Source of the DNA: a virus
Strand: one strand, 5' to 3'
DNA: 64,000 bases
IMG/VR virus record: IMGVR_UViG_3300038410_000026
Coordinates: 31,393 to 95,392 of that record
Under the pieces are notes generated by a model. That model saw only the letters and a program-made list of their open reading frames with translations. It had not been told where the DNA came from and did not search any database. Position numbers and translations under genes: made by a program. The number at the start of each line of letters is the position of its first letter. Position 1 is the first letter of the stretch. This document shows, in pieces, positions 35,301 to 44,253 of this stretch.

Positions 35301-38300
35301 CCAGTCTGGTGAAGCACGCTCTGAACGCTGCCAGCACGGCTTCTTCGGTGGTCTTTAACGCTGCCAAGGGAGCGAAGATATACACGAAGGATATATCTGC
35401 CTCGACAGTTTCCTTTTCCGTAAACTTTTTTCGAAAAACGGCGAAGGTCATATCGGCGGCGTCATCCGCATTGACGGCCAGCTTAACCAAATCTTCTACG
35501 CGCTCAGAGAGTGCGCAAACCCAGGTATTTGCTGCGATCCTTTCCCGAAAGACCGAGAAGGCTCTCTCTGCTGCAACCGCCGCGCTGGCGGCAGTTCTGA
35601 CTTTACTACGAGGTTGGGTCCTGACGGCTGCTCTGCCAGTCTTCCAGGCAACCTTGTCCCGGTCCTTCTACCGTCAACTGCTGGCTTCCACGCAGTCCAT
35701 GGCCGGGGCTTTATCCAGAATCTCGAAGCATGGTCTGACTGCCGCGATGTCAACATTTTCGGCGGTTGTGGATGGGATCAAGAACGCTGCCCTAAAAACG
35801 CAGGACTTGACGGCTTCGATGGCATCCTTCGCGGCGGCTCTTTCCAGGAGAACGGGCAAAGGAATCTCTTCCGCTACGGCCTCGCTTTCGGCCATCATAA
35901 ATAAGCTCACACAGCGAGTGATGCAGGCTACTACGGCGCAGGATTCCGCCGCATTGCCTAGGCTGACAGGGAAAGGATTGGCTGCTGCAACTTCCGCCGA
36001 GAGCGCCAGTTTACTCGAAGAGGCACCGTTTATGGGTACGTTGATGTCCGTCGCCACGGGGAATTTCACCAGTTCCTCCACCTGGGCCACCGTCGATTCG
36101 ACCAGCTACCTGGACTCCCAAGCTGCTCAGTCGGCAATCTCGACTTCGAATGTGGATTCGCAGACATTTGTTCCCGGAGCTATCACGGTCGATGGCGTTG
36201 CAGTGAAAGTAGCGGCGCGTGCCGCTACTCCGGTCGGAACATTTACCGTCACGTTGCGCAATTCCACGGATAGCGTGAATGTGGCATCGGTGGCGATCAA
36301 CGTCTCGGATATTACCTATAATTCCACGAGTACGAGTGCCTTTGGATGGTATTTCGTTTACTTTGGCCCACAGACTCTAATCGCTGGGAAATCTTATCTG
36401 GTGAGGGTCGTGTGCTCGAATACCGGAACACAGGTGACCCTGTACAGGAATGCGACTGTAAACAATATCAGCAGAATGCTTCGGACCACCACCAACGCCG
36501 CACCGGCAGCGGGCGATCAGTTGCAAGTCATAGGGCAATGGTCCGGAGCCGTAGCCCTGACGAGCTATACGGTTACCATGGACAATACGGCCACTACCTC
36601 GTTTGGTCCTACCGTGGCCGGTGGACCGCCGCAGGGAATGGTCATCAGCAAGGGCGGAACCCTCACCTTCGGAACGGCTGCCAGCACGAACTATTACCTC
36701 AAATTGAAGGGGGTTTGCGTTGTCGCCCCCGGAGGAACTCTCAATATCGGGACGAGCGGAACTCCCATCCCGGCCACCTCTACCGCCGTGTGGGAGATGG
36801 ATTCAGTAGTGAATGTGGACAGCAATCTTTTGGTGCATGGTGGGGCTACCTGCAATATTTACGGAGCCAGCAAAGCGGTTATCTCCACGCTGCTCACTGC
36901 CAACGTGGCGGCGTCGGGAACGGTGTTGCAGGTAGTCTCCACTTCCGGCTGGGCAGCAGGCGATCAATTAGCCCTCGCTCCAACCACGCGCACCAATACC
37001 GAAGCCGAAAAGCGGACTATCCAAACGGTAGATTCGGGAGTGCAGGTAACGCTCACTGCCGGTGTCACCAATGCTCATTCGGGAACCTCCCCCACGCAGG
37101 GAGAAGTGATCAACCTGACCCGCAACGTCAAAATCCGAGGCGTGAGCGCCAGTTTGCAGGGTTCTGTGCGGATCTATCAGGAGGCTACCTTCTCCTCTCA
37201 ATACGCCGAGTATTACCAGCTTGGCTCCGGGGCAGCCAACTTCCGAGGCATCAACGTTCAGACTACAGGAACGGGAACCTGCCTTATTCAATACTGCTCT
37301 GTGCATGATAATACGGTCACCGGAAGTATGGGTTTCGAATTCGATCAGAACAACTGGGGTGGAGCGGGAGTCACAATCGAGAATAACGTCCTCTATAACA
37401 TCTCAAGCACTGCCTTTGATGGCCAAGAAGCCCCCACATCGGGAACCGTGAGTTTCCAGAACAACACCATCATCCGGGCTACTGTGGGGATGCAGTTTAC
37501 CGCCGTCACCGGAAGTATGCAGAACCCGAGCGGTTCCAGCATCGCCGCCTGTGGAGAAACGGTTCTTGCTGGAAACGCGCTGGTATACACCATTAGCTCC
37601 TCTGCCACGGCTATATCCTGGTCCAACCTTACAGTTCATTCCAATAACGCCATTGGCTTACAATGCAATAACTCTCCGGCCACGGCAGCCATGATTACCA
37701 TGACCGGATTCAAGGTCTGGAGGAACACTCTCGCCGGAATCCGACCGGGGGCCGCTGGGATTGATAGCTTCAATCTGACGCTAGAGAACTGCACATTTTT
37801 TGGCAATATCGACTACAACATCCAGATAAATGCCGGATGTAATAACTTGATCCTGAAGAACATATCGTCCAATGGAGATAGTTCGTTCTCCACTTTATAC
37901 GGGTTGGCCCTGAACACCAACGGTGGACTGGGGCAGCATTGCACTTATATTCTGATGCAGAATTGCAATTTCTCTACCGCTAGCGGGATCTTGACTGCCC
38001 ATACTGCCGATATTGATGTGCATACGGCGTCTACGTTCGTGCAACTGTTCGGGCAACACAATGTTTTGGCGGCGGCAACCAAAGTCAGGCTACCCTCGAA
38101 TATGCTGCCCGGTTCCTATATTGGCATCGGAAATCTGGGGCAGGTGGATGGAGCGCACAAACGGTGGTTCCAGAACGGGACCGTGGAAGCGGATGCCGCG
38201 ATTTACCATACCGCCGCTCCGAGTGAACGGTCCACTCCTACCACGGCTTTCGCGAAGTTGGAATCCAGCCCCAAGCGAAAAGTGGTAGCCAACGGCCAGA

Positions 38301-38563
38301 CGGTTACTTTCTCGGTTTATATCCGCCAGAGCGTGGTCGGGGATGGAGCAGCCTACAACGGCAATGCGCCAAGGTTAATCCTGAGATCCAACTACGGGGC
38401 GGGGATCACGTCCGATGTTGTTTTAGACACCGCAGCTTTGGCGGCAGGCAGTTGGGAGCAGTTGACAGGCAGTTCGACGGCGGTGTGGGACGATGCGGTA
38501 CTGGAATGTATAGTCGATTGCGACGGTACAGCGGGATGGGTGAATGTTGACGACTGGACCTGA
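32369..38563 (+). CDS. Giant modular tail fibre/adhesin (2064 aa)
   Basis: Beta-sandwich N-terminus, propeller-like segment, many ~22-aa Ala/Ser/Lys repeats, then beta-helix and a carbohydrate-binding-like C-terminus. Confidence 0.75.
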   Translation: MANAWVRESGIFTTLSATITAAASGNTLVMFIASYRSPAARTVSSLSCTNVTWNKLCGTANGTIDSEIWYGTVAGGSSGTTVTITMSGSNPNVAGRFVEFSGVLTSGTIPDGTAVTNTGSSTSPTTSAYSTTLVYDLVLTGVGYHSDTAPTSLPGGSWANVTWANNSTICGVQAEYILKGTVGAQSASWTISDLPWVTCLGALKLAQQTSTLSGATHAMGGGLSKTSKKSVSSATANPIAAITRKVFRASISAATANPIATLIKKVLRRSLNAATQATSASVGAELQTASSITNNWLLNLATGEDTIHGLIWAENKLWIGTQTIPAKVIRIDPSDPENYDVLTFANDGHHKSSFDLIYIASKGKIYVTFLNTGAGNPMVISEVDPDTLEYTDVISTTSYNQSQSLASDGTYLYVGCYDVSTTNGKLTRWLLSDWSAQGSVDIGFSDALHTVRYDGTNIFFTVTGYSKIFRVDLTSFTISQSANFQGGDTTPTDDLAFTTDYVWCGCENDGVISRIKKSDLTFTRIVTSISRATYAVYYANGYIWVAYALGTPGEIVRIDPNDLTLKYYVFTDESQTSPNEIVADDSGTMYFTFYVAPGIVSSAPSTLTAITQSLTAATSAPGGNLSSVPKKHLSAAIQALAAVQSKVSHRSISASLLAQSATVKKQTQRALESFFTFLNASVSAVTKVFHESFSAATAQFSVSLKKASAKSLLAAKSSWAATLARSKPASLVAATVAMAGAVTRKISVSKAAATSAYAGALSAIKSLARSFDAATAAFSASLIKLYKRSLAASMTAFAGSLARKALHVFTAATAAPIGALLRLVKHTLSGSTSALAAAITTLKAFTAYFSAATATMAAALPFLASKKLSAVTQAPSAIQSRRVSRILAAVLLAQSASITKQTRMALAAFFTFFGASISGVTAATQQSFFAATAAFSAGLTKFSKEDFIASTAALSGSLIKTLFEVFNAATVAFAGARSSLVKHALNAASTASSVVFNAAKGAKIYTKDISASTVSFSVNFFRKTAKVISAASSALTASLTKSSTRSESAQTQVFAAILSRKTEKALSAATAALAAVLTLLRGWVLTAALPVFQATLSRSFYRQLLASTQSMAGALSRISKHGLTAAMSTFSAVVDGIKNAALKTQDLTASMASFAAALSRRTGKGISSATASLSAIINKLTQRVMQATTAQDSAALPRLTGKGLAAATSAESASLLEEAPFMGTLMSVATGNFTSSSTWATVDSTSYLDSQAAQSAISTSNVDSQTFVPGAITVDGVAVKVAARAATPVGTFTVTLRNSTDSVNVASVAINVSDITYNSTSTSAFGWYFVYFGPQTLIAGKSYLVRVVCSNTGTQVTLYRNATVNNISRMLRTTTNAAPAAGDQLQVIGQWSGAVALTSYTVTMDNTATTSFGPTVAGGPPQGMVISKGGTLTFGTAASTNYYLKLKGVCVVAPGGTLNIGTSGTPIPATSTAVWEMDSVVNVDSNLLVHGGATCNIYGASKAVISTLLTANVAASGTVLQVVSTSGWAAGDQLALAPTTRTNTEAEKRTIQTVDSGVQVTLTAGVTNAHSGTSPTQGEVINLTRNVKIRGVSASLQGSVRIYQEATFSSQYAEYYQLGSGAANFRGINVQTTGTGTCLIQYCSVHDNTVTGSMGFEFDQNNWGGAGVTIENNVLYNISSTAFDGQEAPTSGTVSFQNNTIIRATVGMQFTAVTGSMQNPSGSSIAACGETVLAGNALVYTISSSATAISWSNLTVHSNNAIGLQCNNSPATAAMITMTGFKVWRNTLAGIRPGAAGIDSFNLTLENCTFFGNIDYNIQINAGCNNLILKNISSNGDSSFSTLYGLALNTNGGLGQHCTYILMQNCNFSTASGILTAHTADIDVHTASTFVQLFGQHNVLAAATKVRLPSNMLPGSYIGIGNLGQVDGAHKRWFQNGTVEADAAIYHTAAPSERSTPTTAFAKLESSPKRKVVANGQTVTFSVYIRQSVVGDGAAYNGNAPRLILRSNYGAGITSDVVLDTAALAAGSWEQLTGSSTAVWDDAVLECIVDCDGTAGWVNVDDWT

Positions 38564-38565
38564 GA

Positions 38566-40269
38566 ATGGGACAGAGCCAAAAATACTGGATTGACGGCCT
38601 CTCCTACGGTGGTCTCACAGGGGACGGCACTCAAACCTTCTGGAAAGACGGCAAGGCCGATCCGGATCTTTTTGGCTTTGGCTTTTCTCCTCCCTTTGAT
38701 TATATTTACTACGACAAGTTTCCCTATCGGGAAGTTGACAATTGGATACGCCAGAGGTCTTTTTACCGCAGCTTCAGCGCCGATCAGCATTTCATTCTGC
38801 CACCTCCTGGGGCTCCGCACTTCGATTACGCCTACTACGATTACTATCCCTACCGGCAGATCCGGGAGAATGCTCTGGCTGAACAGCGACTCCGCATCAG
38901 TGGGTCTTTTCAGCCTCCCAAGATCATCACGTTCCCCATCGAGTCGATCTTCCTTGATACCTATCCCTATCAGGCCGTGGAGTGGAGGCAGCGGCAGCAA
39001 AGTTTCGAGCGCAATTACATTGGATTCATCAATATATATGGCACCGACATCGGGCAATCCCTTCCGCCGCTCGATTGGCTTTATAGCATTACCAGCCAAT
39101 GGGGAGGCGAGCCGCGCACTTCCGCTATTGTGCGGAGCTATCAGTACCGCAACAAAATAGACAATGGCGGAGGTCACGGAGGCGGACATGGCGGAGGCGG
39201 CGGCGGAGGCGGTGGTGGCGGAGAGCCGGGTCGGGGGCAGGAAGAACATTTCGCCCGCGTCTACCGTCAGCACTACTGGGACAACTATCGCTACGATGCG
39301 ATCAAGTCGCTGTTCATGCGGCTGGCCGTGGAGCGGGATTGGGTCACGCCCGTCTTTGCGGATTGGGTGACGCCTCCTCCAGTGCCCAGCTTCGACTACG
39401 CTTTCTACGACGCCAACCCTTACCGGGAAGTGGCACTGAAGCAGCTTGAATCGTGGTTCAACCAGTCGCTGGTATTCAATGAGATCACTGGAGCCTACGT
39501 CATTCCAGGGGTGCCTGCCGCCGATGGCTGGCTGCCGGTTCTGACCAGCCGCGCCATTGCTTTCGATGACCGCACCGGGCAAGTTTTCCTGGCATTTCCA
39601 AACGATATCTCCGAAGGCGTCATAATCTCCTCCTGGGACCCCGGACCCACCGTTCAGGCCGACGCTAGAAGGCTGTTAAGCGATCTGCGGTGGAGAGATT
39701 CTTTCGCCGCCAGCACCCAATCTTCTTCCGTTCTGCCGGTGACGCTGCTGGTGGTCTTCCGGCCCACGATGGCGGTGTTCAGCGCCAGATTGATTAAGAC
39801 ATCCGACCTTCACCTTCTGGCAATGATGAATCCGTTTTTGCCTAATCTGAACGTTGTCACGCCACGACCACCAACCGTACCGGGAGGATATATCATCAGT
39901 CTTTGCGTAGAAGATCGCAACAGCAGGATCATTCCGGAACCGAATCCGGAGATGTGCTATCAAAATCGAGGTATCATAGCTATGCCATCAGCAATCATCA
40001 CTTGCAAGATGTTCGACAAAGATCCAAGCGCTAAAAAGGATTACTTTGTTGATTGGTCTGAACTTCTGGAAACTTCAGAATATATCTTGACAAGCTCATG
40101 GGATGGAGGAGGATTGACAATCGATAAGAACTGGTTCACGGGAGGTGTGGCCTACGCTTACGTTTATGGCGGAACCCTAGGAACCGTCTATGTCGTTGGA
40201 AATACTATTACTACATCCAAAGGCAGGACATACAAAAGGGAAATCTTAATCAACGTGGTGGCAACATAA
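38566..40269 (+). CDS. Repeat-containing tail protein with a C-terminal fibre-adaptor-like domain
   Basis: FDY..YD..PYR repeats; poly-Gly; KDPSAKKDYFVDW. Confidence 0.7.
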   Translation: MGQSQKYWIDGLSYGGLTGDGTQTFWKDGKADPDLFGFGFSPPFDYIYYDKFPYREVDNWIRQRSFYRSFSADQHFILPPPGAPHFDYAYYDYYPYRQIRENALAEQRLRISGSFQPPKIITFPIESIFLDTYPYQAVEWRQRQQSFERNYIGFINIYGTDIGQSLPPLDWLYSITSQWGGEPRTSAIVRSYQYRNKIDNGGGHGGGHGGGGGGGGGGGEPGRGQEEHFARVYRQHYWDNYRYDAIKSLFMRLAVERDWVTPVFADWVTPPPVPSFDYAFYDANPYREVALKQLESWFNQSLVFNEITGAYVIPGVPAADGWLPVLTSRAIAFDDRTGQVFLAFPNDISEGVIISSWDPGPTVQADARRLLSDLRWRDSFAASTQSSSVLPVTLLVVFRPTMAVFSARLIKTSDLHLLAMMNPFLPNLNVVTPRPPTVPGGYIISLCVEDRNSRIIPEPNPEMCYQNRGIIAMPSAIITCKMFDKDPSAKKDYFVDWSELLETSEYILTSSWDGGGLTIDKNWFTGGVAYAYVYGGTLGTVYVVGNTITTSKGRTYKREILINVVAT

Positions 40270-40610
40270 TGTCGATTCCATTTGACATTACGAAAGAAGT
40301 GGATAAAGAAAGAGTGATGAGGCATGTTAAACTTCTTTCATGCCGCATGATTGACCGCGTAGAGGCCCTGCATTACCTAGAAACCGAAGCCGGGTTTATT
40401 TGTCTGGATTTTGACCTGTGGGCAGCGACCGAATCTGCCCTGGACGCCAGAGTTTGCCAATCGGCGAAAGGGATCATGCTGGGTCATATTCTACCTGCTT
40501 CCGATACCTCGATGTGGATGCGAATGATCAAGTCAAAACTAAAACATCAGAGGAAGATGTATCTTCCGGGACGACGAATGGTAGTGATTTCGACCTGCAC
40601 TGAGATTTAG
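40269..40610 (+). CDS. Hypothetical protein
   Basis: TAATG coupling; fills the gap. Confidence 0.55.
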   Translation: MSIPFDITKEVDKERVMRHVKLLSCRMIDRVEALHYLETEAGFICLDFDLWAATESALDARVCQSAKGIMLGHILPASDTSMWMRMIKSKLKHQRKMYLPGRRMVVISTCTEI

Positions 40611-40611
40611 C

Positions 40612-42735
40612 ATGGCCCTAGGCATCGACATTATAACTCTTCCTCCAGCCTTTGTGGGGGAACCTTTCTCGGTTCAGTTCACGACTAATTTCAACGGAGC
40701 GCCAATCCCTCAGACCGATCAGGTATGGTCAATCCTGGCAGGATCACTTCCGGATGGATTGATTCTGAACCAAACATCTGGAGAAATTTCAGGAATTCCC
40801 ACAGAGCAAGGAATTTTCCCTTTCTTACTGTTTGTCGTAAACAACAACATTGGAGACTCTGCCGGAGCAGAAGTAAACATCGCAGTCAACACGATGGGTC
40901 CGTTTCTCATCGACACGGACACATTCGGTAAGTATCAAGCCGCCACTCCTAGGGTATATGACGACAAGGTTTTCCTAGTCTGGTTTGACCAAGGTTCAGG
41001 AAACCTGAAGATTTGGAAAAGCATCGACAACGGTTATACTTTTAGCTCCATCCTTCAAGGAACTCTCCCTACTCCCGTGGTTTCTGGAACAGTTTCTGAT
41101 ACCATTCTGAATTCCACTACACTTCGCGTCGTTTGGCAGGACGTGTCGGACATGGTTCATCTGGGAGATTTTGACATGAACCTAGAGACCTGGACGCCAT
41201 TGTCAGTCGCTTTGGATCTGAGTTCTACATTTCGTCATCCGACAGGAATTTACATCGTAAACTCTCAGACGTGGGTGCAAATCGAGCAAAATCCAGCCAA
41301 TGTCTATATCTACATTTTTAACGGGTTAACGTGGGGCTCCGCCATCTTTATTGACACCAATATGCCGGTTGGTCCGCTGGGCGCGACTTCTGGCAGGAGT
41401 GCGATCACTCCCGATGGAGATTACATTTTGGTATATGGTTGGGCCACTGGAACCTTTTTCAGCCCAACATGGCATTACTACTACCGAAAACTGCATAAGG
41501 ATGGCGTTACACTCGATCCACCTGTCTGGTTTCACGACGAGAGCAATCTACCTGGGTTGGGACTGGGGAGGATCGGATTTGTAGGAGGGAAGGGAATCTT
41601 AGCGTATCGTAAGCCTACAATAGTTGATCCTTTCCTCTTCACTGGAGAATTCTTTTGGTTTAACTACACGCTTCTTGCTCCATCTTTCACGAGCGTTCCC
41701 TTGCCGACTCAACTCATCGGAGAAATCAATTGCTCTCCGATTGGCAGTGAGTTGTGGATCTACTGGATCGATATCTTCGAATTGGTTACTTATGCCTCCT
41801 TAGACCGTTTGGTTTATGTGACCTACGATGGAACGACTGTTTCCGAACCGACCGTGCTCAACGATCAGATCTTAACCCCATCGTTTCCCGATGTGCCCAC
41901 TCAATTTCTGCACGAAGTCAGCACCATGTATGTTCTTCCGAATGGCAACATCGGTTTTCAAATGGCATTGGAATACACCCCTCCAGGATCAGGAACGCAA
42001 TTGTGTGTTGGATTTTTCTGGCAGGTTGGCCCTTCGGCGGTTCCCCCACTGCCCCCTCCACCTGCCCCCAAGGCCGTCGCCTGCTTTCATGACCTAACCA
42101 AGAATCCAGCAGATGTAATCGAGGAAACCATCACTTGGTCTGGATGGCTGGCCGGAGATGCTATTTCCTCCTCTTCATGGGCTTCCGATCCAGGCATCAC
42201 GGCTACCGGGATAAACTTTACAGATAACTCATCTACAGTTCAAATATCAGGAGGTACATTCGATACGGATTACGTGGTTTCGAACACCATCGGAACGCAA
42301 TTGGGGAAAATTGAGGTGGCCAGTATTCTGGTTAAAGTGAGGCAATGTGCCTCAATCGCAGACCCTTCCTCCTGGATGACGGATGGATCAGGAACGGCGG
42401 AAGACATCAACCTGAGCGATTGCTACCACTTGATTATCAAAAATCCTGAAGACGTGCTAGATATCACCATTGACTGGAGTGACTGGCTCGAAGGAGACCG
42501 CATCTCTCGATCTGCATGGTCTCAATCTACGGGCGTCACTGTGATTGGCAGCACCCGTACCGATCTGACCACATCGGCAAGCGCCAAAATTTCAGGCGGT
42601 ATGGCAGGCAGCGAGTATTGGATAAGCTGTACTATCGAAACAGAAATGGGCAGGACAGAGGTGCGCCGCATCGTGCTAGACGTAGAAGGCTGCGCCCCTC
42701 CGCCCCAGATACCTTCGACATGGTGGAGAGACTGA
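40612..42735 (+). CDS. Ig-like + propeller + two fibre-adaptor-like domains
   Basis: GSLPDGLILN..GEISGIPT (putative Ig); WKSIDNGYTF (BNR-like); KNP.DV....I.W..WL twice. Confidence 0.75.
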   Translation: MALGIDIITLPPAFVGEPFSVQFTTNFNGAPIPQTDQVWSILAGSLPDGLILNQTSGEISGIPTEQGIFPFLLFVVNNNIGDSAGAEVNIAVNTMGPFLIDTDTFGKYQAATPRVYDDKVFLVWFDQGSGNLKIWKSIDNGYTFSSILQGTLPTPVVSGTVSDTILNSTTLRVVWQDVSDMVHLGDFDMNLETWTPLSVALDLSSTFRHPTGIYIVNSQTWVQIEQNPANVYIYIFNGLTWGSAIFIDTNMPVGPLGATSGRSAITPDGDYILVYGWATGTFFSPTWHYYYRKLHKDGVTLDPPVWFHDESNLPGLGLGRIGFVGGKGILAYRKPTIVDPFLFTGEFFWFNYTLLAPSFTSVPLPTQLIGEINCSPIGSELWIYWIDIFELVTYASLDRLVYVTYDGTTVSEPTVLNDQILTPSFPDVPTQFLHEVSTMYVLPNGNIGFQMALEYTPPGSGTQLCVGFFWQVGPSAVPPLPPPPAPKAVACFHDLTKNPADVIEETITWSGWLAGDAISSSSWASDPGITATGINFTDNSSTVQISGGTFDTDYVVSNTIGTQLGKIEVASILVKVRQCASIADPSSWMTDGSGTAEDINLSDCYHLIIKNPEDVLDITIDWSDWLEGDRISRSAWSQSTGVTVIGSTRTDLTTSASAKISGGMAGSEYWISCTIETEMGRTEVRRIVLDVEGCAPPPQIPSTWWRD

Positions 42736-43295
42736 TGGCGACAGCGGTTACGTCCAGATCTGGATACGAAATTCTGAAGTCGGAAGAAGTCTATCGAATG
42801 AATGGGCTGACGGTGGCTCCGCTGACCCATGAATCCACGCTCGCCTATGCCTACCTGCGCCTGGAGCATGAGAAGATCCTGCCCATCGTGTTCTACCAGG
42901 AAGTTCCGACTGTCAGTTGGTGGATGGAATGGGCGAAGAAATCTCTCGTCCTGGGCTGCTACCGAGGACCGGACTTGGTGGGCTTGGGTTGGGTCAATGT
43001 GATCGACAAAATGCAAGGAGGCCACATCAAGGCTGAGGTGGGGGTTGCCTTTTTCCGCAAGGAAAATGATCCTCTCAACTTCAGCCGCATCATGATCGAG
43101 TGGATTTTCGACCGGCTGCATCTCGATTCCGTCTACGCCACTACTCCCGCCCCCAATCGCGCCGCCAGACTGCATTTGAAGCGCTTGGGCTTTGATTTAT
43201 TCGGTCCCATTCCCGGTTATGTGGAGTGGGAAGGACGCCTCGAAGCTATTTATATTGGAGTCGTAACCCGAGAAAAGTGGTTTTCCTCGCTGTAA
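42735..43295 (+). CDS. GNAT-fold acetyltransferase
   Basis: YATTPAPNRAA...KRLGF motif; usual position before podophage ejection genes. Confidence 0.75.
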   Translation: MATAVTSRSGYEILKSEEVYRMNGLTVAPLTHESTLAYAYLRLEHEKILPIVFYQEVPTVSWWMEWAKKSLVLGCYRGPDLVGLGWVNVIDKMQGGHIKAEVGVAFFRKENDPLNFSRIMIEWIFDRLHLDSVYATTPAPNRAARLHLKRLGFDLFGPIPGYVEWEGRLEAIYIGVVTREKWFSSL

Positions 43296-43308
43296 CCCTA
43301 TCAAAACA

Positions 43309-43324
43309 ATTGTGTTGACTTTTT
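43309..43324 (+). promoter_or_regulatory. Conserved intergenic motif, copy 2
   Basis: Identical to 27755-27770; TTGTGT-17-TACCAT is possible. Confidence 0.55.
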
Positions 43325-43352
43325 TGGCGGATTACCATTGGGGCGTGTAGCA

Positions 43353-44246
43353 ATGGGAAACGCCATGCCGGAAACCCCATCCAAAATCAGGACGTTACGT
43401 GTCCTTTCTGTCCATAACCCTATCGCGCACTGGCAGCCCGACAGCAAAGACTCCATCGATCATGCCCGAGGAATCTTCGATTCGTTCTTAAAAACGGGCC
43501 GTTATTGGGCCTCCGGTGGAGAGAACAGGTGGCTGACCAAGTTTGATCCCGAAGCTGAAGAGATCGTTCTGGTTCCCAAGATTTCAGGTGGCGGTGGACC
43601 TAGCTACGAAACTACCCAGCGCATTGGAGGGAAAGAGGAAGCCCTCGCGGGAACCGCCCAGCAAAGCATGGCGGAATTCCTCGATCTGTTCAAAGCCGAC
43701 CGGGCCAAGATGTTCGAATTGCTGGGACCTTCAGAAGACTTCTACACAGCCATGGCCTCCGGCGACAGAAAGCGTATGTTGCAGGCGGCTGGCCCAATGA
43801 TCACGGAGATCTCCAAGGGAGGAAAGGCGGCGGAAGAGAACATCATGGCTACGGCTCCGCGTGGAGCAGGCCGGGACGTCGCCTTGGGCCTGTTGCCCAT
43901 GCAGCAGGCGGGCCTAACGGCACAGGCCATGTCGCAGCCTTTCCTTTCGAGCTTCGATAAATTGGCCCAGCTTGGAGCAGGGATCGGATCTTTCGGATTG
44001 CAGGAGGCCGGAGCCGGGGCAAGCTTCGGGGGACTGGCGGCGCGTTCGCTCGAAGGAGCCGAAAAGGCATCGGCAGATGTGATGGAGGCCCAGGCGGCGA
44101 AGAAAAAGGCCACCATGGGCTTCATTGGAGATCTGGCGGGAGCGGCCATCGGAGGGCCGCTGGGGGCCGGAGTTTTCGGAAAGATATTTGGCGGAGGAGG
44201 CGGCGGAGGGTTCGGCAGCACGATTCCAGCAGACTACCGAAGCTGA
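43353..44246 (+). CDS. Putative DNA-ejection/pilot protein
   Basis: G/A/Q-rich helical body with a Gly-rich hydrophobic C-terminus; start uncertain. Confidence 0.6.
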   Translation: MGNAMPETPSKIRTLRVLSVHNPIAHWQPDSKDSIDHARGIFDSFLKTGRYWASGGENRWLTKFDPEAEEIVLVPKISGGGGPSYETTQRIGGKEEALAGTAQQSMAEFLDLFKADRAKMFELLGPSEDFYTAMASGDRKRMLQAAGPMITEISKGGKAAEENIMATAPRGAGRDVALGLLPMQQAGLTAQAMSQPFLSSFDKLAQLGAGIGSFGLQEAGAGASFGGLAARSLEGAEKASADVMEAQAAKKKATMGFIGDLAGAAIGGPLGAGVFGKIFGGGGGGGFGSTIPADYRS

Positions 44247-44253
44247 TAATTTT

